NCBI GenBank assembly: GCA_030141605.1
Contig: JAQGDQ010000063.1
Location: forward strand, 681,311-745,310
Origin: Tubiluchus corallicola
Taxonomy: Eukaryota > Animalia > Priapulida
Direction: 5' to 3'
Length of the DNA: 64,000 nt
The notes below the pieces were generated by a model. It searched no databases. It was given only the letters and a program-made list of their open reading frames with translations, and was not told the origin of the DNA. Shown one piece after another: positions 1 through 13,120 of this stretch. The translations under genes and the position numbers were made by a program. Within the stretch, counting starts at the first letter, position 1; every line of letters starts with the position of its first letter.

Positions 1-753
1 AAAACAAATTTACAGCTTTCACATAAGGTACTTGTCAATAAACTTTCTCACCATTCATGATAGTTTTGTGAACTTGTGCTGTCAAAAAAGATAAAGATGC
101 ATTATATAGAAATTACCAGTTAAACAGGGCTAGCCACTAATTAGTCGATTTTAATATCATTGCTTGCTATCCTTAAAAAATTAAAATCATCATACTAACA
201 AAGAAACTCTTAGTCACAGGATCCTGAGTGTCTTATACAGGAACTGAACCCAATGTTGTGTATAAAACATAAACACGTACTTTATACCTGGCTTCATTCG
301 CAAGTCTTCACAAAAAAATCTTAAATCTTTATCCATTATTCACTGAGCCTGTTCATTTATGTACTCCCAACGTCCAGGAGAACACACAAGTATGGTTGCC
401 TTGTGCAGTCTACACATACAGGGCTTAACATACCGACAATACGATACTTTTCGCTACCCAAATCTAATACCACATTTTTTTCAAAGAGCCAAATGGGTCC
501 TAACCTGTTAAACTAAATGGCCTGAGGCAAGGCTCACAGAAAGACAGAATTTTAATAATCTATGCGATGTTCAATAAATTACAATCAAAATTACCAGCAT
601 TAGTGCCAAAATGCACACACAAGCAATACCACATTGTGAGTTCACAGCTTCACTCATCATGATTACAGGTTACTTATTACACCTGCATGTAACTATCTTC
701 GTCTTATTGGCGAAACCATGAAACATTACAATGATAATGCTCTTCTAACTCAC

Positions 754-854
754 CGTCCAATTGCACGCATTCCACAGTTTGTTACAGAAGAGTGTGAGAT
801 GTTGAGAGAAATCAGTCCCGGGCATCTTTCAACTATCATCTTCAAAGCACAATT
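754..854 (-). CDS. FBXL13: FBXL13/DRC6-like F-box/LRR protein, LRR exon (gene continues beyond left edge)
   Basis: ttcag|...|gtgag; translates NCALKMIVERCPGLISLNISHSSVTNCGMRAIGR, an AMN1/FBXL-type Cys-containing LRR resembling the FBXL13 CPGVLCLNLSNTTITN segment. Confidence 0.8.
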
Positions 855-1203
855 CTGAACATACAAAAACTTTGATGGGAACGGTTATGTAAATATTATA
901 AAGATTTTGGTCAATCTGCCCACTTCTCTATCCAGCAATTCTCTATTGAAAATGGAAAGTTTTATACTCGCTAAGTAGTAAGATGTATTAGTGGGCGCCT
1001 TAGACCAATTGGCCACCTGCCCGGTTTGACCAATTATTACTTCAAGCTTTATAACAAATTAGAATGAAGGACTATCGTTAAGCGCAATATAGTCATAGTG
1101 TATTGAAGTGGAAATGACAAAAGTTTTATTACATGGTGTTTGCTGCCATAAGTGTTGTCCTTATGGCACAGACAAAGAAGAAAAAAGAACAATTAAGTTG
1201 TCT

Positions 1204-2250
1204 TTAAAGCCAAGCATAGGTCGACTTGTGACGCAACGCAACTCATGGGCAACAGACATAGATGCCTGCTCAGACGACTGCGACTGATTTCCAGCAACTG
1301 CGAGCAACTAGCAAGATAGCAAGATACGAGTTCCAGCAAGTCGCAGCACTGCTCAAGTCGAAAACAACTGAATATGAAAATTAAACAAGCGTAATGTTCC
1401 GTCTTCAACGATAAATGTCTGCTAAATTTTGTACCAGCTGGTATTAGGGGTTTTAAAACTCTTTGCTTGCTATAGTTTTCTGTTGGATTACCATATTAAT
1501 CATTTTGCAAAAACGTTCTACCTGAACACTGTATATAAGAGGCAACACAATATGCAATCGTCTAGTGCAACAGAACTAGAAATCTAGAATTTTCACACTG
1601 CATTCTTTGTTGCTGTTATATTTTGTCTACATTATTTTTCTATCAGTGGGTAAATTTAAGAGTGGAAAATTGTCGCACAGCTCCGCAACTCCTTTATCAC
1701 AAGCGAGCACACTTTCTTATTTCTAGAATTAATGAATATTATCCCATGCAATAAATTTGTATAATTTTGTGATCACATAAACCAATATACCTAGTTTTTC
1801 CAATTCCAAAGTGATTTATCTTACATGCTTCTTTTTAAATTTTTTATGATATTCTACACATGAAATATCATATATAAGGAGGAGTGCTCACGCCACAATT
1901 CAATAAGTTTTATCTCAACACTTTCATTCCACTCATCTGCCACTTTTCAGAAAAGACCTCCTCAGACCTTTTCAGGATGTCACATGCCTTAAAAAATAAA
2001 CGTTGATTAGTGACACCCAGCAAGTTCCAGAGAGTTGCAAACAATGCTCAGTTTCTGCGATCGATTGGAACTGGGTGGATACAGTATGCCGCAAGTAGAA
2101 CACTAGCAACTCGCTGGAACTGAGTTGCATTGAGTTGCGTCGCAAACTTGCTTATGTCAGACTGGGTATACCGTATGCTGCCATTTGCTGAGACTTCAGT
2201 TGCTCTCATTTGCGTTGCGTTGCGTGAAGGTCGACCTAAGCCTGCCTTAA
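1204..2250. mobile_element. Non-autonomous TIR DNA transposon (possibly PIF/Harbinger-like) in intron
   Basis: Imperfect terminal inverted repeats ttaaagccaagcataggtcgacttgtgacgcaacgcaac / tgcgttgcgttgcgtgaaggtcgacctaagcctgccttaa; no ORF. Confidence 0.6.
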
Positions 2251-2721
2251 TATAGCCAAATTATAGCCAACTCTAAGTACATATGCGAGTTTTTACGCAC
2301 TTTCACCACTGTTGCATCACAAATGCTTGCAGTGACATCCAATTCAGAAAATTTCTGAAATTAATGTTTTCTTGTAGCACATCACAAAAACAAAATACAT
2401 AACAATAGGCAATTTTACAGTCACGTCCAGTTCAATAAACTTTAATGTAGCAAAATTTTCTGTCTGGTTCCTGCTTTAATGATTTTTGATAATTTGTTTA
2501 TTTAAGGCTTGATATATACGAGAATCAAACAAACAGAAGCTTATTATCGGCAAGTGATTATAAACAGAAGTGTTATTACCACCACGAAGAACTATAGTCA
2601 TTACATTACCAAAAAAAAATAAAAAATTTCCGGCATGGAATTGGACCCACAGGCTTAATGCTTGTCACAGCATAACAGCTATTAAAAAATCAAGTTTAGT
2701 AGGAAAAAGATGCATAAATAC

Positions 2722-2910
2722 CTGCAACTGATAACACTCTGCCAGGTTTAGATCCTGCAGACATCTACAGGTGGCAATCACCTTGAATCCTTCCACTGTG
2801 AGGAGCTGGCAAGTGCGAAGATTCAGCTTCGTCATGTACGGTCGTGCCGTCCGCAGAGCGTCTTGAAGCCGAGAGTCTGTCAGCGTTTCCCACATGCTTG
2901 ACAAGTCTAC
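2722..2910 (-). CDS. FBXL13: FBXL13-like, first LRR exon
   Basis: tag|...|gtatt, 189 nt phase 0-0; VDLSSMWETLTDSRLQDALRTARPYMTKLNLRTCQLLTVEGFKVIATCRCLQDLNLAECYQLQ. Confidence 0.85.
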
Positions 2911-3011
2911 CTAGAATTACGACTAGCTATTTTGCACTAACGACTTATGCCAAACAGGTCATCTATGTAATCATCCAATCATCCACTACAAATGCAGCCA
3001 GAAATTACTCC

Positions 3012-3642
3012 TTGGGCCAACAATAAAATATTTCTATTTCCCTCTAATCGCCAGAGTAATATTTTTTAGCGCACACCCGACCAAGAATTTTATAATTTTT
3101 TTGTACGTTCATATACTTACCTGATGCAGTCATATAAAAGCGTATTTTTAAATTTAAAACGTAAAGCGCAATAATTATAATATCGTTGTTTCGGCAAAGA
3201 TGCAGGCATGTTTTTCTCCAACTGACTCTCGGCCATGGTTGTCGTTTAATATGATGCTGAGTATCATATTGGAAGCTAAAAGTATCATATTAGAAGCCAA
3301 ATCAGCATAACGAACAGCTGAGACATGTTGCTGCTTGTGCTATAATTATCAGCATAATGTACCATACAAAAAAGAGACTAGTCGATAATTATACCATAGT
3401 TTAGTAATGTAAAAGAAAAAACTAGAAAACAAAGCATGAAAAAGTGTGCATTGAAAAAATTAAAACATTACTGCTAACCAGTGGGAAATAAACAAACTTT
3501 GATTTCAACAGACTTTAAACATTCCTTGATTCAGCTTTAAACATTCATAAAGCTTTAAAAAAAACTTTTTAAAAAAATTTTCCTCCCTCCCTACTGACAT
3601 CTCTTGGTAAGACAGAAACAAATTTTTATGTGGCCGGTCTTA
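3012..3642. mobile_element. Dispersed ~630-bp element, family A copy 1
   Basis: Colinear similarity to 13639-14285 (ctaatcgcc..gtaat, gcacacccgac, ctaaccagtgggaaa, cctccctc..tactgacatct); short GGCC-type termini. Confidence 0.75.
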
Positions 3643-3658
3643 CTAAATATACTGCTAC

Positions 3659-3754
3659 CTTATTCATAACCAGAGATGATTCGATGGCCGTCTTCCATCC
3701 CTTGCTGACCATAGCACAACGAGCTCGATCCTTCAGATTCAGCTTTTCAAACAC
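3659..3754 (-). CDS. FBXL13: FBXL13-like, second half of F-box
   Basis: 96 nt phase 0-0; VFEKLNLKDRARCAMVSKGWKTAIESSLVMNK completes F-box consensus (LP..I..IF..L...D...C..V.K.W). Confidence 0.85.
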
Positions 3755-5653
3755 CTAGTAAGCAAGTAAGTAGTAAGTAAAAAAATTTATTTGTCCCTGA
3801 ATATTACAAAATAAACATAAACAAAAGCTAAAAACTAAAATAGAGACGGAAAAGAGACAGGGTGGCGAAAAGACCAAGGGTCACCAAGTCAACCACGCCT
3901 ATCCAAACTGAAGAAAATTAAGTGACCTGTCAAGTAAGGTATGTACAAATGAAAATAATCAGCAACTTAACAAAATAAAAAAAAATAAATGAGGCACAAG
4001 TTCAAATGAGTTTAAATTTAGAAACAGTAAATAAATTTGGCAATGAGAAGAGACAAAATTTAAATTAGCAAACAAAACTAATAGCAAAAAAATGAAGCAA
4101 TGTCAAGTCATGAGCAAATCATCACTAGGTCAAGTACCTCTATCCAAATTTAAAGGAATTATATGACCTGACAAGAACAGACAAGGAAAATTATAATAAT
4201 CAACATATAAAAAATAAACCTACAAACAATTAAATACCACAGACAAAAACACCAGAAACAATCCGCTCTAGGAGTACCTAGCAGTTTTGAAGCTGACGCA
4301 AAATTGTTCAATCGGCACGTAGACTAAAGCAGCAGTAGTTCTAAGAAAAGCTCAACTAATCCATAGCTGCTTGGTACATCTAGGCATATCGTGCTATGAC
4401 AAATTTCAAGATAAAAGAAGTACCTCCTTAGAATTACCAAGATCTCTGCTGGCTTAGTGACTCACTCTAGGAGTACCCCAGATCAAGTGTGCAGTTGAAA
4501 GACAAATTATTCGTCTTAAGTTGAATGCTAGAAGGCCTGATGAGCAGAAGAATTTAAAGGTATAAGAATGCATTTTGGAGTACTGCAAGGTTCCTTCCTG
4601 AGACCATACCTTATGTTTTATTTGTAAAAATGACAGCAGATATCCATAAATATTTTTCCCAATGATAACTATGTCAAGTATTTATACGAAAAGTTTCATA
4701 TTGAGAAAGAATGAGTTAAAGTCAAACTAAACCCTCACTATAATATAATTTTTTACAACCTAAAATCCTACTCTCTCTACTAATATTCAATTTATTTTCT
4801 TATAAACTTACCGTAAAACTTGTCATTGATTTCTTATTACTTCGTTATTAGTGGTATTAAATTTGAAGAACCATCATTTTTAATTGTGCGAGATGACTAT
4901 GTACGTCATTCTCGCTCACTCATGCCAAAGACGCGAAACAGGGACATGTTTACGTCAACGAACACATCCAAAATTTGACAAAAAAAGGTAATTTGTTTAA
5001 TTTATGAGTTTCTTTTGTGCAACAATAAATAGGACATTTCTTTCTGTAATCACAATAAAATTTCAATGTCTGTTGGGGCTATAATAGTAATGGCCTTTAA
5101 TTATGAATTAGTTATACAATAGGACTGTTTTAGCCATGGTCAAATAATACAGCCATCTGTTAACACGTGAAAGCAACGATAATTCATTATTTGGTGATAA
5201 ACAACAAACACAAATCCACAATGAGAAAGCAAACAAGCAAAAAGTTCTTTTGTATTTGTACCTTAGGTAAACACTGATCTTCACATCATGCTTGATATTC
5301 ACAAATTAAACTAGTAGTTCATCTTTAAAAATGGAAGGAGTAAGAAGAATCAGTTATCGTCAAGTAAATTCCTCCAGGGCAATTTTGCCCATGGCACTGT
5401 TTTTAAAAATTATCTCTTCGTGGAAGGGAGTATATGCATCTGAATGTGGCCAAGCCACCACTTGTTCAGTATCTCACTTTAGAGATTTATACCCTATGTT
5501 CCAGTGATACAAAAACCATTGTGCTTTAATAGTTGGTCCTGGCATCTAGTGTTGAATTGCCAAACTATATGGAAATGTATTTCACGAAAAGCTTTATTTC
5601 AAAAAAAGACAACTTCACAAAAAATGCAAAACTTTTAACTGTGCATATATTAC

Positions 5654-6394
5654 CTTGTGTATAACTGTTCTTGGTAAAATCCCCACCGGATCTACATACT
5701 TTCGTGATTTTAAAGATGACAGTGGTTGGGGAGCATGTATCTTATGCTGTGGCATAATCAAACTATAGGACAACGAACGAGAATTCCTAGCATGAGACTT
5801 TCGACTTCGAAAAACAGCTGTATCAGAACCAGTAAGATCCTCCATTTCATCATCTGATGGGTATTTTCTACAGGACTTTTTCCGGGTGAACCTGCTTTGT
5901 CGTCCCAGCTCAGTCACACTAACGTCCTCTTCTGACTCGCTAGATTGCTGTCCGGATTTAAGGCCGAGATGCGATTTGCTTACATCTGCTGTGAGCCACC
6001 TTGCAGAAGTAAATCCTCCTGTTCTGGACACATGCGACTTGCAAGACTTACGTTGTCTAGATTTACGCGTGTGCTGCTCATCACTTAATTCTGCATCAGA
6101 ATCAACATTGATAGACTTTCTCGGCCAACTGGAATTCCGTCGATCTCCCCTCCTAGAAAAGCTCCACTTCCAGGAACCAGTTTGTTTAGATTTAGACCTG
6201 CTCTGCGACTTGGTTGATTTGACGTCAGAATCATAACCAGCTGACTTTCTGCGAAAACTGGACTTAAGTCTTCGCTTACCCTTGCGACGCCGTTTGGTCA
6301 CATGCTCTAGTGATTCGTCATCAGACACAGATTGGTCGGAGTGGCTGTAATCTTCAGAATACTCCATCTCGTCATCATGAATATCTACTCTTGA
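5654..6394 (-). CDS. FBXL13: FBXL13-like, large Ser/Arg/Lys-rich low-complexity exon ending in start of F-box (DPVGILPRTVIHK)
   Basis: 250-aa ORF 5615-6367; acceptor ttttgtag at 6395, donor AAG|gtaat at 5653; 741 nt phase 0-0. Confidence 0.8.
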
Positions 6395-7056
6395 CTACAA
6401 AAATATTAACTAATGTAAAAACATTAACAATCTATAACAACCGTATAGATGACTTGCTCACTCAGTGTTGCCATCCAAATTTCACTAGTCGATTTTCGTG
6501 TCTTTGTGACATTAATAGAACATATATTCAGAATAAAACTGTTTAGACAGAAATCATACACAACTGTCAGGAGTGTTCGCAGTGAAGAAGTTGTCAAAAG
6601 TGTGTTGGCAATTCAGCTTTTTTTACTCGTATTTCCCATTAGAGAATGTTAGCTATGAATGAAAACATATGAAATAATTCAAACATGGTCAAATTTGTTC
6701 TTTGGTGTGGTTTGAAAAAAATCATTGCCAGAGAAAATTTATAAAACAAAAGTTACACTAACCAAAACCTACTAAGTCAATGCTGTACCAGACTGCTTAA
6801 AAATAATTTAGTGCAGAATTTAATTAAGTCAGACACTATGCACCAGTGAAGTAAAATGAGCTCGTTGCAATATATAGTACGTTATATATCCGGTCACAAA
6901 CAAGGATTAAACTCAATGGTCAGGCAGGTCAAATCTAAAACAAATTAGCTAGACAAATGAACAAAAGTTTTATTAGGATGTACATAAAGTGTTTCTGGGG
7001 TTGCTGTAGTACAAAGTGCATCATATAGCAGATGTTTAGTTATTACAGTAACTTAC

Positions 7057-7183
7057 GACAAACAAAGTTCTTGATTGCTTCTCGCTTAGTGTCGTGCAGC
7101 GCCACCTACCGAACATTTTCATCAATAACAAATGACTGGTATACTTGGAAAGTTTGTTAAGAAAGCTTTGTCGAAGCTGCTGC
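7057..7183 (-). CDS. FBXL13: FBXL13-like, N-terminal helical exon
   Basis: cttacag|...|gtaag, phase 2-0; QQLRQSFLNKLSKYTSHLLLMKMFGRWRCTTLSEKQSRTLFV. Confidence 0.7.
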
Positions 7184-7486
7184 CTGTAAGTTGAACATAA
7201 AATACTTGTTTTACTGGTGAGTGGCAATGCTAAGAAATCAATATTCTGCAGATGAGAAAAATTGCCACCAGAGTACAATAGGGCTTCCGTCTTTCTGTTT
7301 CAAAATTGACCAAATTGCGTTTCAATTCTTCTTCACAGAAATTCAAAAAAAACTAGTGATTAAAAAGGGTAACTACATGATAAACTTGTGATTTAACATT
7401 TCACAGTATCAGAATACCTATAATAACACCATCAGCATGTGGTGACATCTGCCGGTCAGCAATATTGCTATTATTTAAGTTATTAC

Positions 7487-7624
7487 CTTTGTTGAGTGAA
7501 AGCCTGCCACAGTCGAAAATGCTTGCTTAGCAATTTTCTGGCCCTTCTTAATTTCAGCTCCATTCCCCGATTGCACGAATACGATCGCAGCTCTTTCTTT
7601 TGACGTGTTAACTCCCTCCATTTT
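7487..7624 (-). CDS. FBXL13: FBXL13-like, N-terminal helical exon with F..W motifs
   Basis: aaacag|...|gtaat, phase 2-2; KWRELTRQKKELRSYSCNRGMELKLRRARKLLSKHFRLWQAFTQQR. Confidence 0.65.
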
Positions 7625-7854
7625 CTGTTTTAACAGTAAAACTGAAAGCTGTAAGAACAAACTTACATGCAAAACAATGATAACTGATAAATGGTCTCAG
7701 CATTTTGGTCCAACACGAAAAATGTGCAGCAGTAAGTAACATTTTGAACCACTAAAGGGCTGCTAACTTAAAATCTTCAAAGGAAATCTTCAAGCGAAAA
7801 TTAAAAGCATAATACTTTCACTATAAACATTAAAATAACAAATTAATATTTGTA

Positions 7855-8564
7855 TAGTAAGTCCCCGCTTATTGACACTAATGTGTATCAGGAAAACGCG
7901 ATGTTAGGTGAAACATCGTTAAACGAAACCAACACTTCCATAAAAAGTAAGGTAAAGAATTGAAATAGGTTCTAAAGGAAAACATATTGCTGCTTAAATC
8001 ATAAAAATTAAACGTTTTATCAGTTTTACTCATGTTTCGACTGATTAATTTCTTTCTGCTTCTTTGCAACCACCTATGTAATATCTTAGTTACTTAGCAG
8101 CTTCTCTTTCGTTAACGAAAGCAGTTAAATAACAAACACTACAACACTACAACTGGGTCAAAGCCAAGCCCTGGGGCGACCTTGGGATTTTGTTTCTAGA
8201 GATACTTAGTCCAGTTGCTATAGCAACAGGCTGCAGGCAAAATAGTATACTTCCAAGTCTAGCTTAACATAAACAGCTAGTGTTTAGTGGTCAGTTGGGA
8301 AGCAGAAACATATACTTGTATAATAATTGCACTGTTTACATTCCTAGTGCATTTTTAGAACAGAATGGCGCAATATGTTCTGTTTTAATACATCAAATTA
8401 GGTAAAAAAAGTTGTTGATAAACATAAATTGGCTTTGAGCAAAGTAAAAAATCGTCGCTAAAACGAAAAGGCGCATCGCATCGTTAAGTGAAAAAAGTTT
8501 CAAATGTTCAGCGCCATTAAAACGAAACATCGCTAAACGGGAGTCGTTAAGTGAGAACTTACTG
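7855..8564. mobile_element. Tc1/mariner-pogo (Tigger-like) MITE
   Basis: TIRs ta-tagtaagtccccgcttattgac / gtcgttaagtgagaacttactg-ta with TA flanks and internal cgttaa/cgctaa repeats. Confidence 0.65.
8214..8227. promoter_or_regulatory. Perfect palindromic RFX X-box motif
   Basis: GTTGCTATAGCAAC matches the X-box consensus; lies in an intron of a motile-cilium-type gene. Confidence 0.4.
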
Positions 8565-9117
8565 TATCCAGTTATAATGCTGGTTATATGTAAAAAACAC
8601 CCTATTATGCAGTTCGGTAACATTTAAAGCCAAAATTCAGACCTAGTGCTCAGAGGCACAGCATACTTAATGTACATGATTGTGGCAAAATCAGAATGTA
8701 GTTAAGTACTAAAGACAAAACACTGAACAAACATAGGTGGCCGAGTTAATTTTGAATACGCAAACATTTTCCCTCAATGAGATGAAAACCTAAAGGTTAT
8801 ATGGCACATTAACTAATCCGCTAACAAAATAAGCCCAATGTTGCTTAACTTATATCAATAAACACACACTGTGAACTTTTACTACTGGCACAAGTATGTA
8901 CATGAATAATAACACAATACTAAGAAGCTTCCTAACTCACCCAAACAGTGATGATGGAATGGTTTCCAGCACTGCCATATAGACTGAGTATGCCTCAGTG
9001 CTGGATTTCATATTGCAGAGTGCAAAACTGTACAGAAAAATTCACTCTTTCCTGCATGATGTGCATTTCGCACGCACCTGTACACTTACTTGAGATTCTC
9101 TTTTCTAACAACCCTAC

Positions 9118-9185
9118 CTGAATAATCGCCTTGTGATCATCATATTCATAAAGGCAATGGCAATGACAACCATCTGGTGAGAAGG
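9118..9185 (-). CDS. FBXL13: FBXL13-like, small N-terminal exon
   Basis: ttctag|...|gtagg, phase 0-2; PSHQMVVIAIAFMNMMITRRLFR, phase fits both neighbours. Confidence 0.6.
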
Positions 9186-9816
9186 CTAGAAATGAAAAAC
9201 TCAGAGTCAAATTATTCTCTCATATATGCACTCATGTATGTTTCTTGAGCCATTCTTAAATATGAGATGACACAGGCAACAAGGTTTAATTATTTATGGG
9301 TTGCAACAATAAACCTTTTCACAGTTTCATTGTGTGCACACGCAGTTGCTGTAAGTCAGAGGTTAAGAGCGCCACAGCAACACATCTTAGCAACAATCGT
9401 CACATGACATTTGATAACGTGACACGGGGTAAAGCAAAGCCCAGTTCAGTAACTTCAGTTCTTTTACATAGACTTTACTTAATTACGCATTAGTCTAGGC
9501 ATAGTGTGATTTAATAGCAGGATCTTGCTTGGGAACAAGAAAAAATGAACTAGGTAAGGTTCTAAATAGCTAATAAAACTGTTACTATTACAACAGCTTG
9601 GGCTGCGACGCGTTGTCAAGTGTACACAAATACATTGTCTGGTACACGTAATCTTTCACCTTCTCACGATTATCATCAATTGCTGGAACTGTGAAAAGGC
9701 TTATTACGATCCACCAAGCCTACCTTGCTTACCAATTTCAGGTATATAATTATTACTGCTAAGGAAAGCTGTGTTTTAAAATAAATGTTTTGCAGAGTTT
9801 AAGAGAAGACACATAC

Positions 9817-10005
9817 CACGTCATCAGCTTCAAAAACATCGAAAATGCTTGATGCAATGGCCCTTCCTCTTGACCGCAGGTCAGACGATACATAGACATT
9901 GTCTGGTATTTCAATGATGTTTGACTTTGGAACTCGCCGCAGACAGTAGAGTAAAAACTGCTCCGGATCGTCGGGTTGAACAACGATGAGAGACGTTATT
10001 ATACT
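9817..10005 (-). CDS. FBXL13: FBXL13-like, N-terminal Dpy-30/RIIa-like dimerisation-docking segment
   Basis: ttgcag|...|gtatg, 189 nt phase 0-0; SIITSLIVVQPDDPEQFLLYCLRR has the P.DP..FL docking-domain pattern; start exon not resolved. Confidence 0.7.
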
Positions 10006-11989
10006 CTGCAAAAGAACAGTGTTAAAAGTATAGCAATATGTATGCATGCCATGTCACTTCAGATCAATTTCACATAAATTTATATTTCTTAAAGCAAAAC
10101 CGGCCCGAAAATTAAACTGTAGGTCAAAACAACCTATTCCTTAAAATATTGAAAGAAAACGTACTATTTTTTCAAAAATGACTTACGTAAAAGAATTATT
10201 ACCAGACACACACAATTTCACATTTGCGCCACTAGTTCTTCGCCGTTATATGCATTTCACCATTCACTGGTTAGATGGGTATTAGCGCCTGCATTTTGGA
10301 AATGCATTGCAGAAAAAAATGCAGTACCTCTCAGTTCAGATGTGTTACTTTCTGACGAACTAAACACGTTCGACAGCTCATGCTTGAGCACAACAGTAAA
10401 TTTGAAATTTGAATTTCTATCTTAAAACTTGCCTAGTTCTAGTACAACACACTGAATCTCTTACAGTAGTGCTGAACGTCAATTTTCGCTTTCCTGCACT
10501 TGTAATAGTTGTGCGCAGGTCAATAAAAAGGTCTATTGATTAATTGAGCAAAGTCAGTGGGAGATAAGCTGAGCAACACTGTGCCTGGTCAGGAACTGGA
10601 TGGTCATCCATGAGTGCCTCTCACATGCCATACTGATGGAGGATGTATGTACATGACCTTACCTGCCTTATACACCCTGGCAGTTGAATATTTCACAATA
10701 CTGACACTGGGTGAAAGGCTGAAAGCACGTCCCTTTAAATACTGCAATTAATATTGTAATCAAAGTAAATGATGTGCGAGAGGTCAAACGACATAAGTTT
10801 ATAGTAGATAGATAATCATTTAAATGCAAAAGAGGACAATTACTGGTGGCTGCATGACAAAATGACATAACTAAATGAGACGTTTGGGTGTTTTTCATTG
10901 CTGGTGACACAGTATTAACTACAGTATGAAAGTCACGCACTCCGTAAACAATTTTCTGAGTTTTGACAATTGATTTATATTAAGGAAGACGTAAATGATC
11001 ATAAACTTTCTTTTGCATTACAGTCTAACACAGACAAAAATATCATGCATTCTGTATGCTGCATACTCCAGACAAACTATAAGTTGGTCAATGGAGTAAA
11101 ATAACACTCAAGTACGTACAATAAAAACATACATAAATGAAAATATTCATGTCGTCGTTGGTTATCGTTGATCAATTGTCAATGGATGGAAAGGTACCTA
11201 GAGTTCATACGATCGATTTTAATATTGTTTTTGCTGTGAAGTGAAAACTGGTGCAAATCTTAACTGTCAAAAGTCGTCATATGATGTAAATGAAACTCAG
11301 AATAAAAAATTAACAATTCATACAGTAGTGTTCGTTTTGTGATGGAAAAATCGTAAACTGGCTATTTCAAACAGCGCTGGTAGGAAAAAATAGTTTTATT
11401 AAATTTATAATACTTATTAATATTATAATTTATATTAATTTAACACGTGTTTTATATAATTATAAATTGGCCATTTATGGTGCTATTTCAAAGTTTTGTT
11501 GACAAGATTGTTATTATAAAATCAGGTAAATTATGCTGCAAATGTATATTTTATCACGTCTGGTCCATGAGTCGCCCGAACTAAGACGGGTGATTACATT
11601 CACAATTCTTTAACCTACTTCATATAAACTATGCAAGTCATGCCTTTCCATATAGTTTCTAATCGAAGCTTTCGTCCATCTAAGAGAAGGAACTCTAACC
11701 ATCAGCATCTCTGCTTGTTTAAAAGCAAAGATGCAAGAAAATAATATTATTTCCGTAGAAGAAAGCAAAAACAAAAACGTGAGGTACAAAAAACTAAGTT
11801 ACAAACACGTGCTAGCCACATGATGTATTCATTTATGGATGTACTTAGCAACGGCTACGCTTCCGTCACTAGTGTTTTGATATCGTTTTGCCATCTAGTG
11901 GCAGTTTTGCTAAATTAATAAATAATTTTGATGCAATTACAGCCGCATTTTACCTGAAGTCCGCAATGCATAAGTTTGTTGGCCACCTA

Positions 11990-12200
11990 ATTAGTCAGTC
12001 AATCAGGTGGTAAACAGGCATTCAGTTAGTCTATAAATCAGTTGGTTAATCAGTCAGTTAGCCAGTCAGGCAGCTAGCCATTCATTCTGTAAACTTTCTA
12101 TAAACTGATAATTAGTAATTAAGTTGATCAGCCAATCTGACAATTATTCAGTGAGTCAGTTAGTTAACTGTTAGACAGCCAGTCAGAATCAACTGTAGAA
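11990..12200. repeat. Degenerate (CAGT/CAGC)n simple repeat
   Basis: ttagtcagtcaatcagg...cagtcagttagccagtcaggcagctagcc. Confidence 0.6.
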
Positions 12201-12631
12201 ATTAGTTTGCTGGCTTAGTTGTATACAACTGTGAAGTAGAAATTGTTATGAAACTAAAAAGCAGTTCTTACTTTGCGCATTCATTGCCATGAAAACAAAA
12301 AATCTGAAATGATTTTGTAGAATGGTGAACATAGTACTTATATGGAACATAGAACATATATAAGTGGCCTTATATTTATACAAACATTTATAATTTATTA
12401 TGATAGTTATTTTTCTATTAGAATCAATAATAAAATAGGATATTTTCATTAATACACAAAATGCTGAATTGCAAACACATCGATAATTGTAACTAATTAA
12501 TTAACAGCACAAAGTGAGATGCAAAATGTATAAGATGAACATGAAAATACGTTTGTTTTTGCCAAATATTAATTAATATTGAAAACTGAATATTCGTACA
12601 CAAATAATAAAGGTAAGTTCATACAATTCAT

Positions 12632-12825
12632 CAAACTTAGTAGAGGCTGTAACCTGTGCATCAAGATAATAATTATCTTATTGTCATTTGTATACAGACG
12701 TGCAACTTATACTTTACTTTACGATGCCTAATGTAACAGTAAAGTATAAGTTACATGCTTGTATACAAAAGACAATATGATGATTATTATCTCTATGCGC
12801 AGGCTATGCAGCCTGAAATAAGTTT
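12632..12825. mobile_element. ~190-bp imperfect hairpin (small MITE-like foldback)
   Basis: ttgtatac..gtgcaacttatactttac / gtaaagtataagttacatgcttgtatacaa arms around a short loop. Confidence 0.6.
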
Positions 12826-12889
12826 AATGTCCATGAAGTGGCAGGAGTGCATGTTATGGTTGTACAAGTCGTAGGTAATACTGAGTAAT

Positions 12890-13120
12890 ACGCGCCTGCG
12901 CCGTGCGTTTCACACGCATTTCTGTTAGCGCAAGCTGAAGTAGAACTCAAGTTTTCGCTTTTGACCAAATGACCGTGAGCCGTGAGGAATGAGGGATTGA
13001 AGAGTGGGTTTAGAAATAATTAAATAATTTTTGCGACTAATATCTGACTATTTCACTGCCTTCCGAATTATTTGTTTGCGATATTTCATAGGGACGGAAC
13101 TACATTCCGGATCGGTGAGT
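12890..13120 (+). promoter_or_regulatory. CpG-enriched putative promoter/non-coding first exon of a plus-strand transcript
   Basis: Local CpG enrichment (cgcgcctgcgccgtgcg) ending in strong donor CG|gtgagt at 13115; divergent from the FBXL13-like gene. Confidence 0.4.
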
